The translations under genes were made by a program, and so were the position numbers. A DNA stretch of 64,000 bases from Selaginella moellendorffii (lineage: Eukaryota; Plantae; Lycopodiophyta): assembly GCF_000143415.4 (NCBI RefSeq), contig NW_003314321.1, positions 1-64,000 of the forward strand. Reading direction: 5' to 3'. Positions 24,108 through 35,868 of this stretch are shown piece after piece (the first letter of the stretch is position 1; each line of letters starts with the position of its first letter). A model generated the notes under the pieces. It searched no databases and was not told the DNA's origin. It saw only the letters and a program-made list of their open reading frames with translations.

Positions 24108-25402
24108 TCAATAGAGTGTGTCAGTCAAGGAGAACAAGCCCCGATGATAAAAGTTCTCTAGGCAGTCGTCAAACATGTCCTCCACCGATCTAAACTTGAG
24201 CCCAAGTTTCTCGAGCTTGGATGTGTCTAGCGTGTAGTATTTCGATTTGTATGACTCTGGAAACCTGGAGGACGAGGCGAAAACTCAAACTTAAGATCGA
24301 GATTCGAGTGATCAAAGCACTTACTTGGTGGGGACTTTGAACTGCGGGTACCTCATCGCGAGGAGCTCGCCGAGCTTGTCGTTGTCCATCACTGTGGAGG
24401 AACATATGTAGCGGCCTCGAGCTCCAGGAGCCTCCATCACGAGGATGTGAGCGAGAGCAACGTCTTCGACGTGGACGTACCCCATCCTTGGGTAGATCGA
24501 GAACTTCTTAGCGTCGCCTGGATCAAAGAGAAGATCTGATGTCATAGACGGAAAAGAAAATGAAAATGAAACAAAGCGTGCCTTTGAGTAAGCCAAGCAC
24601 GTCCAGAGCGGTGCTGCTTAAGTTCTTGGGGAGCACCGGACCGACTACGAAGCTTGGAAGCACCGTGACAAGATCGAGGTTGTTTTTCTCGGCGAATTCC
24701 CACGCTCTTCTCTCGGCAACGGTCTTCGCCAGGTAGTACCACATCTGTGAAACATGAAAAGGTCTAGCAGCAAGATAAAACTTTGAGCCACAGACCTTGT
24801 ATTTCCTGCAAAAGTCTTCCGAACTCCAAGAGGTATCGTCAAGGACTGAGTTGAACGGCATCTCAGGCATGAAACGAATCGCCGACGTCGAAGAAGTCAG
24901 CACAACACGCCGGACTGAAGGAGCTTTCGCACACGACTTTAAGACGTTCAGTGTGCCATTCACTGCCGGCGCAATCATCTCCAGCTGGGAGAAAACAAAA
25001 AGCATGAATAAACTCGTGTGAAGACGGAGAGCTGATGCACTACCTCTGGATCGACAGTGAAAGCAGTAACTGGCGAAGCTGTATGGAAAACTCCTCGGCA
25101 GCCTCTCACAACGTCATCGAAGCTACCCTCGGTTAGCAAGTCGGCTTCTCGCAGCTCCAGCCTTTCCGACGCTCCAGGAAGACGCAGCAAGTGAGACACC
25201 TTGTCAGCATTTCCTGTGATCATGATATCAGGCGATAGTCTTCCAGGAAGCAAAAGAAAAAGTACATACCGGGATCTCGAACAGTGGCTCGAACATAGTA
25301 TCCTCGCTCCAGCAGACACTTGACGAGGCACGAAGCCAAGAAACCATTCGCTCCAGTAACACAGACAAGCTCCCCTGGAGAGCTCTGTGCTGCCTCACCC
25401 AT
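24108..25402 (-). CDS. TKPR1: Tetraketide alpha-pyrone reductase 1-like (DFR/CCR-type SDR, sporopollenin pathway)
   Basis: [55 protein letters not shown]. Confidence 0.75.
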
Positions 25403-25586
25403 CCTCCTCCTCCCGAAAAATCAGTTGAAAAAATTCCTCACTTTATACCGCTTTTCCTCCGTTCCTCAAAATTAAAGTAGCACTGTCCGTTCGTCACAGT
25501 CTTTCTGCCGCACCAAATAAATCGGAGGCCACATTCTCACCTCATGTTACCAGGACGACAAGAAATCTTTAACTTCCTCGCATACA

Positions 25587-27496
25587 CTAGTCCAGGCTGG
25601 GGTCATCGTGAACTTCCGTGCACCAGACCCTCTTCTTCCTTTTATAGTACCGATTAACTTTTCTAAGCAGCTGTTTAACTTTCCTGCGCGGTCCTCTTCC
25701 AAACCATCTCCTCTTGACCGCATCATCTTCCCATCTTAACCATTGCAAGTGTGGCTTTCCAAAGACTTTCCTCTCAAACCGGTCCTCCTCGAACTGTTTC
25801 CTTATGGGCTTGAGCTGTAGTATAAGTTCCCGGATCTCGTCGTTTGGCTCGAATCCCAGCATAACCATTCTCTTGATCAAGCCATGAGCAGGTTCTTTGG
25901 CCACCACGTAAGTCTTGAACAAGAGTGTAAACATCCGAATATCCCTGTGCTTGCAAGCCTTGCAGTGCTTAAACATCGCCAGAGCACTGGTAACATCACC
26001 CCTCTCCGCATAAATGCTCATAACTTCCAGCATGGTTTCATACCACAGCTTGGTAGACCTGTACCGGACGAGGCTTTGGCCTTCTTCGTACGCCTCGATG
26101 GCCCAGTCCTTCTCGTTTCGCTTGATATAACCCTTGATAAAGTAGTGGTAGAGCTCAGGGACCGGTCGAGCTTTGTATTTTGCCGGATAGTCATAGAGTA
26201 CTTCGGTCGCCTTGTCCATGAGCCCGTTCTTGGTATAAGCTCCAGCCATGACGATAAACTGCCTGTACTCCTTACGTACTCCACGACACTTTCTTAGTTC
26301 CTCAAAGATCTCTTCAGCTCTTCCAATGTTTCCGGCGCTTCCAAGAGCCTCGATCATGAAAAGATGGTTGTGCACCGCTACGAGAGGCCTGCTGTTGAGT
26401 ATTCCCCACACTCTTTCGATCCCCTCCATGTCTTTCAAAAGGCCGTAGAGGAGGAGAATTTTGTTGTACACCTTGCGTTGCTTCTTGAAGCGGCCATTTC
26501 TAATTCCTGCCTCCGCTGCTCCGAGTGCTGCGTGAGCCTTCTCGGGGAAACCAGCTTGAATGTACGCCGAGGCAATAAAGATATAAGTCCATGCGTTGGA
26601 CCTTCCCATGAGCTCTAGCTCCTCGACAATCTCCTCCATCCCAGAAAGATCGCCATGCCGACGTTTGATCCACAGGTGAGTGTTGAGGAAATGCGGATGA
26701 AAGTGAAGACCGAGCGACCTTGCTTCTACCACCAACGCTGGGATTCTACGCTCGAGCCCCAGATAATGGAAGAGCAGCGTCATCTGTTCCAACGAGAATG
26801 CAGAGACGAGGCCCAGCTCTCTGATCTTGTCCATGACTACCACAGCCTTCTCGAGCATCCTGTTCCTCACATACCCGGCCAGTATATAGTTGTAAGCTTC
26901 CTCGGTCTTCTTGTCGTCAGGAAGCCTGTTAAACGCCATCTCGGCTAGATACATATCGACGTGCGCGTAGTAATCCACTTGGAGGACATAGTCTCGATCA
27001 TCGATCTCGAAAGCTTTCTGGAAGAGCAGCCAATTTCCAACCTTTACATTCGAAACAAAAGAAAAAAAACTCCTCCTTAGCTCTTGCAAAGAAAAACAAA
27101 ACGAGAAGAACTTACATCTAGAGCCGTCTTGTATTTTTGCCGCTTGGTCAGCTTGCGGATGATCGACAAAACCATGGGTTTGGAATCAATCTCTCCCATA
27201 TCCACGAGCCAGTTAATGTAGGAAGCAACTCTATGCCCAGGAACGTCACGCACCTTGTCCCAAACGAGCTCCAGCTTATCCTGATATTCCATATTCCTCC
27301 GATCCAGCTGAGGCAACACAATGCTCCTCTCCTCTGGCCGCCACAAGAGATCGATTTCCTGCCTGGAACCCTGAGGATCATCCGTCCCACCAGCGCTCCC
27401 GGGATTCCCAGCAGCCGTGCCGCAGCGCCGCCGCAGCGCCATCGCTCCAGCGCTCGAGGAAATCGCGACGATCCCCCGCATTCCCGCCAGGCGCAT
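25587..27496 (-). CDS. P-class PPR protein, probably organellar (2 exons)
   Basis: Arg/Ala-rich N-terminus; IIRKLTKRQKYKTALD; tandem PPR-like repeats in the 500 aa ORF. Confidence 0.75.
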
Positions 27497-27707
27497 CGCT
27501 CACCGCCATACAAGCGCGTCGAAGAACCCTAAACCCTTGGAATCTAACGCCAGCCACTTGCCGGCCGCCACGTCGCAGGGTAGAATATAATATATGTGAT
27601 ACCCGTCTTCTAGGGTTTTCCAGTTCGTGCCCCTTCGTTGTTTGTGCGAAGCGAAGCGCCTTAGATTCAATCGCGAGCGGCGGCAAGAACAACAGTAGAT
27701 CAAGTTC

Positions 27708-28269
27708 ATGTCTGAGGCTGACATCCAGATTCCTGGCGCCTACGGTAAGGATCTGAGGATCGAGGAAGAAATCCCCGACCCCCAATTCTCTTCGCCCCGC
27801 CCAATTAGGTTGATTCTCCCCATCTTTCTCACGGATTTGTCTGCCAGATCCCTTTGCCGAAGCGAATGCTGAGGAATCCGGTGGTGTTGGATCCGCGGAA
27901 TACGTCCATGTGAGAGTCCAGCAGCGAAATGGCCGCAAGAGCTTGACCACCGTCCAAGGCCTGCGCAAGGAGTTTAATTACAACAAGATCCTCAAGGACT
28001 TCAAAAAGGTAAGAGAGATCCATCGCCCTCTTTCCCCAGGCTAGAGCGAATTCCCCTCTTTTCTCGATCGAATTGGCTCGAATTGGCTCTAAATCTCGTC
28101 GTGGGCGACGATTGTTTGGCAGGAATTCTGCTGCAACGGCACCGTGGTGCAAGATCCGGAGCTGGGTCAGGTGATTCAGCTACAGGGCGATCAGCGCAAG
28201 AATGTGTCGCAGTTCCTCGTCCAAGCCGGAGTGGTCAAGAAGGATCTAATCAAGATACACGGTTTCTAA
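27708..28269 (+). CDS. SUI1: Translation initiation factor eIF1 (SUI1), 3 exons
   Basis: DPFAEA..YVHVRVQQRNGRKSLTTVQGL..KILKDFKKEFCCNGTVVQDPELGQVIQLQGDQRKNV..IKIHGF*. Confidence 0.97.
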
Positions 28270-28547
28270 GTGGTGGTGGGGGTATGTAGCTATAGCTGAG
28301 TGGAGAGCAAACAGGGACACGGAAAAATCACAAAAAAAAAAAAGAGAGATTGGGGGGCTCTACTCTATATGGTGTTGGTTTGTATATGTGAAAGCTATGT
28401 GAGCAATCACCAGAGACTTTGCTGATATAATCCAATGCACTGTCCATTCTGTGTATTCTATGGTGATCCCCACTTGGAAAAAGTGAACGACCTCTTCTCT
28501 TTTTACTACTTTCTTTCTTCCATCGCTTTGATCGATTTGATCCTGTG

Positions 28548-30681
28548 TTATAAGTGAAGGAATTTTGCTCGCTGGGGATTCAGGTACATGAGCTCCTGGA
28601 GGTCTTTCGGCAGGAACTCGAAAATGGCTTTTAGATCGCCGGTAATCTTCTCAAACGCATTAGTCTTGTTAAAGTCGATGCCGCTCTCTCTGGAAACCTG
28701 CGTAGAAACAATTCAAGGATGGTTGATCCAAAATCAATCGTGCTGCGACTGTTTCTGACCTCGATTTCTTCCGCGAGGTGTCTCTCCACAGCGTTGAACG
28801 AATCGACGACTTCCACCTCCGTCATCTTCCGGAGGAACACGCGAACGTCCGCTTTGTTGCAGGCGTCTCGCCACAGACGGTGTTGCTCTTGCTCGGCAAC
28901 AGCTCGTCTCCTCTGGAACCAAGGCATGAAGTTCGGTCCTTCCAAGAATTGCCTGCCAAAAGCACGCACGAATCTCTTAGAGAAACCATGGAGAAAAACT
29001 ACAACAGGCAAGCTAACCTGTAGAGATTGAGCCAGTGTGTGTTCGACCGCTTGGACAAGAACTTCCCGGGACCTCTTCCGGCCAAAGCTTCCAGGAACGT
29101 CAACGCATCAAACGGTGGAAGTGGCGGCGGCCCCAAGAACGGCGAGATTCCCTCCTGGGGAGTGCTCGCTCGCAAGTAAGGACCGAATGGTGCCAGGAAG
29201 TTTGTGGTGAGCTCCAGGAAATGCCGCCTCAAGGCGTCATTGTTGACGACCGAGGTCGATTCTTCGATGCAAAGTGACGGCTCTGCGTTCACCAGCCTGT
29301 TTAGAACCTGGACATCTCCCTTGGTCGCGGGGCTGTGCGTCGTCCACAGCGCTTCCCTGTGCTCTCCCATCAGACACAGCGGTCCTTCTTTCCTGGCGAG
29401 CAAGTTCGCTGGATAGAGCCGCCTCACGAGCTGTATCTGCTTTTGGAGGCGACCCTGCGACGTTGCTTTGCCTGCCACCTTCTTCCTGTCCAAGCTCCCG
29501 CAAGCTCCCACCGAGAGGACGTGAGGAAACATCTTGAGCGCCTTGAGGAAGAAAACGTTGGTGACGCCGAGGATCATCGGAGGTATCCTGTCCTCCTCCG
29601 TGCATGAGTTGAGCGACGCGAAGCCCGGATCGTGGATCGTGAAGTACGGCCGAAAGTCGACGCTGCATGGCAGAGGCGCGATCAAGCTGATCAACCCCGC
29701 AACAGCCTCGCAGCACTGAGAAGGCGTGGGAGAGATCACCAGCAGCGGCTCTCCTATCAACAGCAGCTCCCAGAGCGTCCAGAGATGCCCCAAGAGCCCC
29801 TTAAAAACTCCGTAGAGGTTCACGTCGTGGAAGATACTCTGAGGAACCGACCTGTTCGACGGCGACACGGGAGCCATGGCGCTCGTAAACCCGTCCCTGG
29901 AAGCTCCAGGCCCCGGCGGAAGCGTGTGAAGCGGTGGAAGATGTGACTTGATCACAACTTTCCCGAGCATGAGTTCCATCATCGTCCCAAACCTCGGCCG
30001 CGGCCAGCGAGACATGTGTAGCGCGGCCTGCTCGAGCGCCGCCACACCGTTCTCAAAGTAGAGCGGCCCCAGGAGCTCCACCAGCGGCTTGAAGACGCAG
30101 TAAAGCGGCAGCTCGGACAGAACCAGCACCGACTTTTGCTCGCCACCTCGCTTGAGCTTTGCGTCGTATCTCTGCCTGTTGAAGACGAAGCCGTAGAGAT
30201 ACTTCTGCCCACCTTTGCCGAGACCATTGATCGCCGTCCCATTCACGCCGACGCTCTTCTCGTTGCTCTTCTTCTTGAGAACCTCCGAGTCGATCGAAAG
30301 TCTAGCGCCATCCTGATCCTCGGCCTTGAAAGGTAGCGTGGAAGTGGATCTTGTCAAGCTGCTGCGCCTAGAGATGGAGTTCTCGAGTGGCAACCCACGT
30401 CGTTGCGTCCGAAAGAAGAAGACTGTGTCGTGCACTCCAAAATCTTTGCTTGCTCGAGAGTTGGCCATGGAGTCTGGAAAGGAGCTGAAGGCCACGTCGA
30501 GCTCTTCCTCCTGGCTCAAAGCCCCGGCCGGGTAGCATTCCTCCACAACCTGTCCCTGTTCTAAATCGAACCTGATGGTGCAAAATCCCACCAGCCAGTG
30601 CTCCAGCGATGGCGCCGCCGCCGCGTCGCCGCCGGAATCGTGCTCCAGCTTGCGAGCTGGAAAGGAGGAGCTGCGATCCAT
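28548..30681 (-). CDS. DENN-domain protein DENND6/FAM116 homolog (Rab GEF), 3 exons
   Basis: FCTIRFDLEQGQVVEECYP, SFPDS, RGGEQKS, DFRPYFTIHDP, LGVTN, LRRHFLELTTNFLAPF, FLEGPNFMPWF. Confidence 0.85.
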
Positions 30682-31859
30682 CGCCGCCGGAGTATCATCG
30701 ACGCGAGCTCCAATGCCGAGCGGAAATGCGTTGTCCGAGAGCCCTAATCGCGTGGAGGAGCTGCATTGGGGCCTCGAAATGGAGGATCCCTAGCGAGGAA
30801 GGGGATAAGAACCCTGGCAGCGATGGATTTCCAGCTCACCTCGATGGAATGCGCGCTGCCGCGGCGGCGATTGATCGATGGCCCAGTGGACGAGAAAATC
30901 TTTTAATCTTCGCGCTGGCGCCTCAAAAGAGAATGCTAGACACTGTGGCTCGTCGCGATCCTGTTGCCGCGTCGTTATCGAGCGAGCTGTAGCAATAAAC
31001 TAAAGAAGCTTTCTAGCGGACATCTGGGCCGTCCATCGAAGAGGAGCATTCCATAATGGAATGTGGAGAATCGCAACCGTCGAAATCGCCAGCATTGATT
31101 TCATTGACTTTCTGTTGACGTTTTATTGATTTTCATTGACTTTTCGACTGACCAATGATACCTTAGCAAAAACATTACCTAACTGTCCAGAACACGATGC
31201 AATCGAGATCAATTTGGTTGATGATTTCTGTCTCTTCTTCCTGCTTCCACCAATCTACTAGTGTTTTTTGAACACTCTTCTATGCATGCTGACTGAAAGA
31301 GATTTGCGAGATGATGCACACAATCATCTGGTGGCAGCGGAAAGTCGTTCCAAACTTCACCTGGAATTGGCATTGCGGACCAGGTTTCCTGAAGAGTGAA
31401 TGTCATAAGCCTGCAATTTGCTACCCCGAAAGATGAGCTCCCCAGCAAGATTTCCTGTCAGTCAGCTGCTGCTAGTTGGAGACACCCAGACTTGGCGGCT
31501 CGAGTTCCGAGTATAAACGGTGTACAGACTCGCAGAGTGAACTGGTGCTCAAGTTGGAAACCCGTGCGACCTGGCTAATCGGGCACGTCGTCGTTTATGT
31601 TACCTCCATGAATGCCACACACGAGGCTGCCGGAGCATGAGGCAATTACAATGTAACTCCGCGGCAATAAATCCTACCAGATGCTCCTCTGGATACCATG
31701 CCAGGAGTGCAACTCCAGTTGAGCATGGAAATACATTTTCCATCGTTTAAAGTTTGAAGAGCTACTGTTTCACTTTAATGCTTCAGGAAATTAACATTTA
31801 GAAACTTTTAGTCCCCGTTTCACAAACAAAATTTCGCTAACGTTTTTTTTTGTTTTTTT

Positions 31860-32444
31860 TTAATAAATTGCAAGTTGTTGAGGCCGTGAATAGCTTTGGT
31901 GTTGATCATACTGTAACTCAGCCATAGCATTCATAAGCTGTGATTGTCCTGGAAATAGATGTGCACCAATCTTTGCTAGTTCGTCTGCAACTTGATTTCC
32001 AGCAATGTCATAGTGCCCCTTCACCTTACAAAAATGAATTGGAACAAACGATGTTCTTGCAACCCAAACAATCCTTTGAATAATGTCTACATTTGGGTGG
32101 TGACTCAGGGCTATTGGGTCCTGCACATACATCTCCAGCAGTGTCAAGGAATCATAACTGTCTGTGTATACAAAGATTGGCTCCCACAATCCCCAGTGCC
32201 ATTCCATCTCCAAACAGATTTCGAGGGCTCGCAACAAACCCAATAGCTCAAACGTGATGGCGGAGCTTGTGTATAAATTGTCGTTTACCCTTCTTCCGCA
32301 AGCGAGTCGCATGGAAACTCTTGGGATAAACACGCCATAACCTCCAAAAACTCCATGTTTGAACGATCCATCGGTGAATGCTTGGAATCCTTGATCACTC
32401 GCAACCATTTCTTGTGTATGCACGACCTTGTTCACCTCAAACAT
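31860..32444 (-). CDS. Stand-alone RNase H1-type protein, intronless, followed by an A-rich tail
   Basis: FTDGS..GGYGVF, FELLG, VYTDS, KVKGH..GNQVADELAKIGA: all four acidic catalytic residues and the His loop are present; T-run at 31843-31861 (poly-A on the coding strand). Confidence 0.8.
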   Translation of the reverse strand: MFEVNKVVHTQEMVASDQGFQAFTDGSFKHGVFGGYGVFIPRVSMRLACGRRVNDNLYTSSAITFELLGLLRALEICLEMEWHWGLWEPIFVYTDSYDSLTLLEMYVQDPIALSHHPNVDIIQRIVWVARTSFVPIHFCKVKGHYDIAGNQVADELAKIGAHLFPGQSQLMNAMAELQYDQHQSYSRPQQLAIY

Positions 32445-32619
32445 TTCACTTCCTTGCCTTTAATGCTCTTTTCTTGTTCTGGAAAGGATACCTAACCCAA
32501 AAGGCAATAGCATTTTATATAAGCTATGGAAATAATTTCTTATTTTGGAAATTCCAAGCGTTGCCCGCACTAAAACAACAGCTCCAGAAAGCCAGAAGAA
32601 AAAGCACTGTTAGAGGAGT

Positions 32620-33811
32620 ATGGCAGCCGGGGGCGGCGACCTTATACAGCAGTCGCTCTGCCCATCGTTTTCCAACCGTCTCATCCAACGCATGCGCGCG
32701 CTTACCGATTTATATTCCAAGGCTTACATCAAGCAACGCTGTGCTTTCCTCCTGGAGAAAACAAGTAGTTTTTTGGCCTTCGCGAAAGCAGAAAAAGAGC
32801 TTGTCTCTCGTCTCTTACATTTAGCCTGCCTTGGATCCATCGCTCTTTATAGAGAAGGCCAAGCCCCAGCTGGGAAATGTTGGAGTGACTTGCGGGCTCT
32901 TCCATTCGGTGCTCTTTGCCGAGCAGGATGTTTTGTGTGGGGGAAGGGCGATGGTGGAAGGCTGGGCATAGACACGGAGTTTAACCAGTACAAGCCTTAC
33001 GTGAATATCAGGATCAAGAGGGTCCAAATGGCGAGCGCTGGAGGATTGCACAACATCGCTCTCACGGAGGTTGGAAATGTGTATACATGGTACGTGAGAT
33101 CATCCTTGGTTTTTAATTTCTTATTTTCTTGTTCTTGCGTTTGAGATGTGTTGATGCCAAAGCTTGCAGGGGGCACGGGGCTGTTGATGCTCTAGGCCAT
33201 GGATCATACGAGCGAGAGCTCATTGTTGGAAGGCCCGTGGAAAGACAGGATAGTTCACGTTTCGGCTGGGGGATCGCACACTGCCGCAGTCACAGAAAGT
33301 GGCAAGCAAAGTTCTCTTTTTTCTTGAGGAAGTCTGATTGTTTTCTTCTTCTTCTTTCTTCTGTAAAGGCGAGCTTTACACATGGGGAAGAGACGAGGGT
33401 GAAGGAAGGCTCGGGCATGGAAATCCGGACATCATGGACGAAGGTGCATTGAGCAGGCCGACGAAGGTCCAAGCGCTAGACGTTCCCATCGCCTCGGTTT
33501 ATTGCGGGGGATTTTTCACAATGGCTCTCACTAAGTCGGGTCAATTATGGTCTTGGGGAGGTATTTTTCTTTTCCTGATGAAAGCTGGGGAGAATAGTGA
33601 TGATTCAAGTTCAGGGAATGCAAACCATGAGCTTGGCCATGGACTCTAGTGCAAGTAGCTTGTGGTGCATTCCATGCTGCTGCTCTCACTCGTAAGTTCT
33701 TGCCTTGGTTTTTTCTTGTTGGTACGTAACATTCTACTTGTTTCACTTAGAGGACGGGAAAGTGATTGCATGGGGATATGGTGGAAATGGCCAAGAAAAG
33801 AACCGGCTTCG
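32620..33811 (+). pseudogene. RCC1/UVR8-like repeat protein fragment with introns, disrupted
   Basis: VWGKGDGGRLG, SAGGLHNIALT, SAGGSHTAAVT, YTWGRDEGEGRLG, CGGFFTMALT; frameshifts, and truncated at the AP5B1 copy. Confidence 0.8.
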
Positions 33812-35420
33812 ACGTGAGCTAAGTAGTAGGCAGACCAATCCGAGACCTCCATTCTCAAGAGCAAATGGTTGAAGCAGCCATCTTGCTCCAAGCGGTTCTT
33901 CGTCGCAATCCGAGCTTGACAAAGTCGACGATCACGAGCGCAGCAGCAGCATCCTCATCACGATCCATTCGATTTGCTGCTCGCGAGCGAAGGGTCCACC
34001 GGCGGAGGGCTGGCATAACTCTGTCCACTTGAGCTTCCAGGAGCTTGACGGACTCTGAGCCCTGCAAGCCCAGCCCCTGCCTTCCATCCTTCAGGAGAAA
34101 GATCTCCGTCCCGAGCTTCCCTGGTCCGCTACACCCATACCACAGCGCGTGGAACAGGATCAGGAGATACTCCGGCTCGTTGGAGATGCTCGCCAGCACC
34201 GTCGGCTTCATCAGGTTCTCGATGCCGACTGGAATGCTGTCCAGTTGCCCGCGAACGGTCTGAGCGTCCTCGTCCGTGAAAGCAATGTGAACGTTGGAAC
34301 CGGTTGCTGGGGCTCCAGCACATCGCCAAAATTGTGTGTTCCTTCGGACGTGGGACTGGCGGTCGGACTCTTTGGCTTGTGCGAAGGCTCGCTCAGGGGG
34401 AATGGAACACGGACTGGCGGTATAGGCCCATACAAGCCACTCGTCGAGAAGCTCATATGGCAGCGTCCACGTTATCTGTTGCTGCTTCCAGTGACTTCAC
34501 TTTCAGCTGGCAAACCACCTGGATCTTCACACCCGATTCCTAAACCCCGGAGAAGTTCCTTCGAAGAATTGCGAGAGTATCCGCAGTCTTTGCATCCATC
34601 ATACGCAGCACATTGTCCGAAGTTGGGTGATCCGAGCCGCCAGGAACTTCGTCGTCCCTTACTGCGACGAGGCTACTGCCTGCTTCTGGTCCTCTGCCAT
34701 TACAGATGGGCTGGAAAATATCGTGCAGCACCAGAGACCACGAGCTTCGCACCAGCAGTGGAGTCTCTCGAGTGAGATGGATAAAGGACGAGACCTGTAT
34801 GGATGCCTTCTTTCCCAGGTAGGCTCGAGGCGATGGCGATCCCAGAACGAAGACACATGCAGCAGCTGTGGCTTTTAATCTTCTGTCTGGCTATCTCCGT
34901 ACGTAAGTATTTCCCGCAGACGATTTCCTGGGATTGATATCAGTATCCAGAGGTAGAACCTGAAACAAACTCCGAGAGAACTTTGAGCACTTCAAACAAG
35001 ATTACCTTGCATTGTCTCGGACCTCGATGTCTGGAAAGTAGAGGCACTGATATCCAAAGAGCTCGTCAGCCGGCGAAAAACTCTCGAGCTCTGGTGATGC
35101 ATGGAGCCAGATTCGCAGCGTTAATCCAGAGTGCTTGCCAACCTTGAACTTGAGATAAGTTTCGAGGGACTTGATGAGCGCGCTGGGAGGAATCTTGCCA
35201 CTGTCTGCAATCCTTTTCAAGGCCGGGAGCTGCGAGTTCGAGGGAAGCACAGGGACCAGATCCTCACTGAAAGTTCTCAAGAGACGCTCCCCCAGCCTCA
35301 CAGCTTAGAAACCTGTTCAGTAGAGCGAGGATTCTATCGACGAGGTTATCCTGCAGAGACCTGAGCAGCAATTTCCAACACCGCCACCATATCCGGAAAC
35401 CGGAAGAGCAGCCTCGTCTC
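33812..35420 (-). pseudogene. Deletion-riddled direct duplicate of the 3' part of the neighbouring AP5B1 gene (source ~35921-38057)
   Basis: Near-identical blocks to 35.9-38.1 kb, including the intron (~34960-35003); many small deletions and frameshifts. Confidence 0.9.
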
Positions 35421-35868
35421 CAAATTGTATGTTTTGATTTGGCAACCTGTGATGAAGAAGGGAAGAAGCGATCCGCGGCATTGAAGTTACTCAGAGCATC
35501 TTCGTATCGGAAAGAAGAGATCAATGGCAACTTTAAGAACCATCCTGGTTTAACTTGAAGACATGTCCAGCAGCTGCTGCTTGAACACTTGCACGTCTTC
35601 GACCCCAGGGTTGACGGGATCAGTGCACGTCCACTTGGAAGCCTGTCTCAAATCCCAGCCAATCCACCACCACGAAGCCATCGTCGACGGGACACATGAT
35701 GTCCAGCGGCGGCGTATGCAGGTGAGCACGGGCTTAGGCGGCGGACATAGACACATAAAGTCGTCCTTGTCCTATCGGTGAATATTCGGGGATATTCCTC
35801 CCAAACCCTAAACCCAAGAACCTAAATCTTCTCTGCCCTCTTTTTTATTCCAAAAAATGTGGAGCGCT

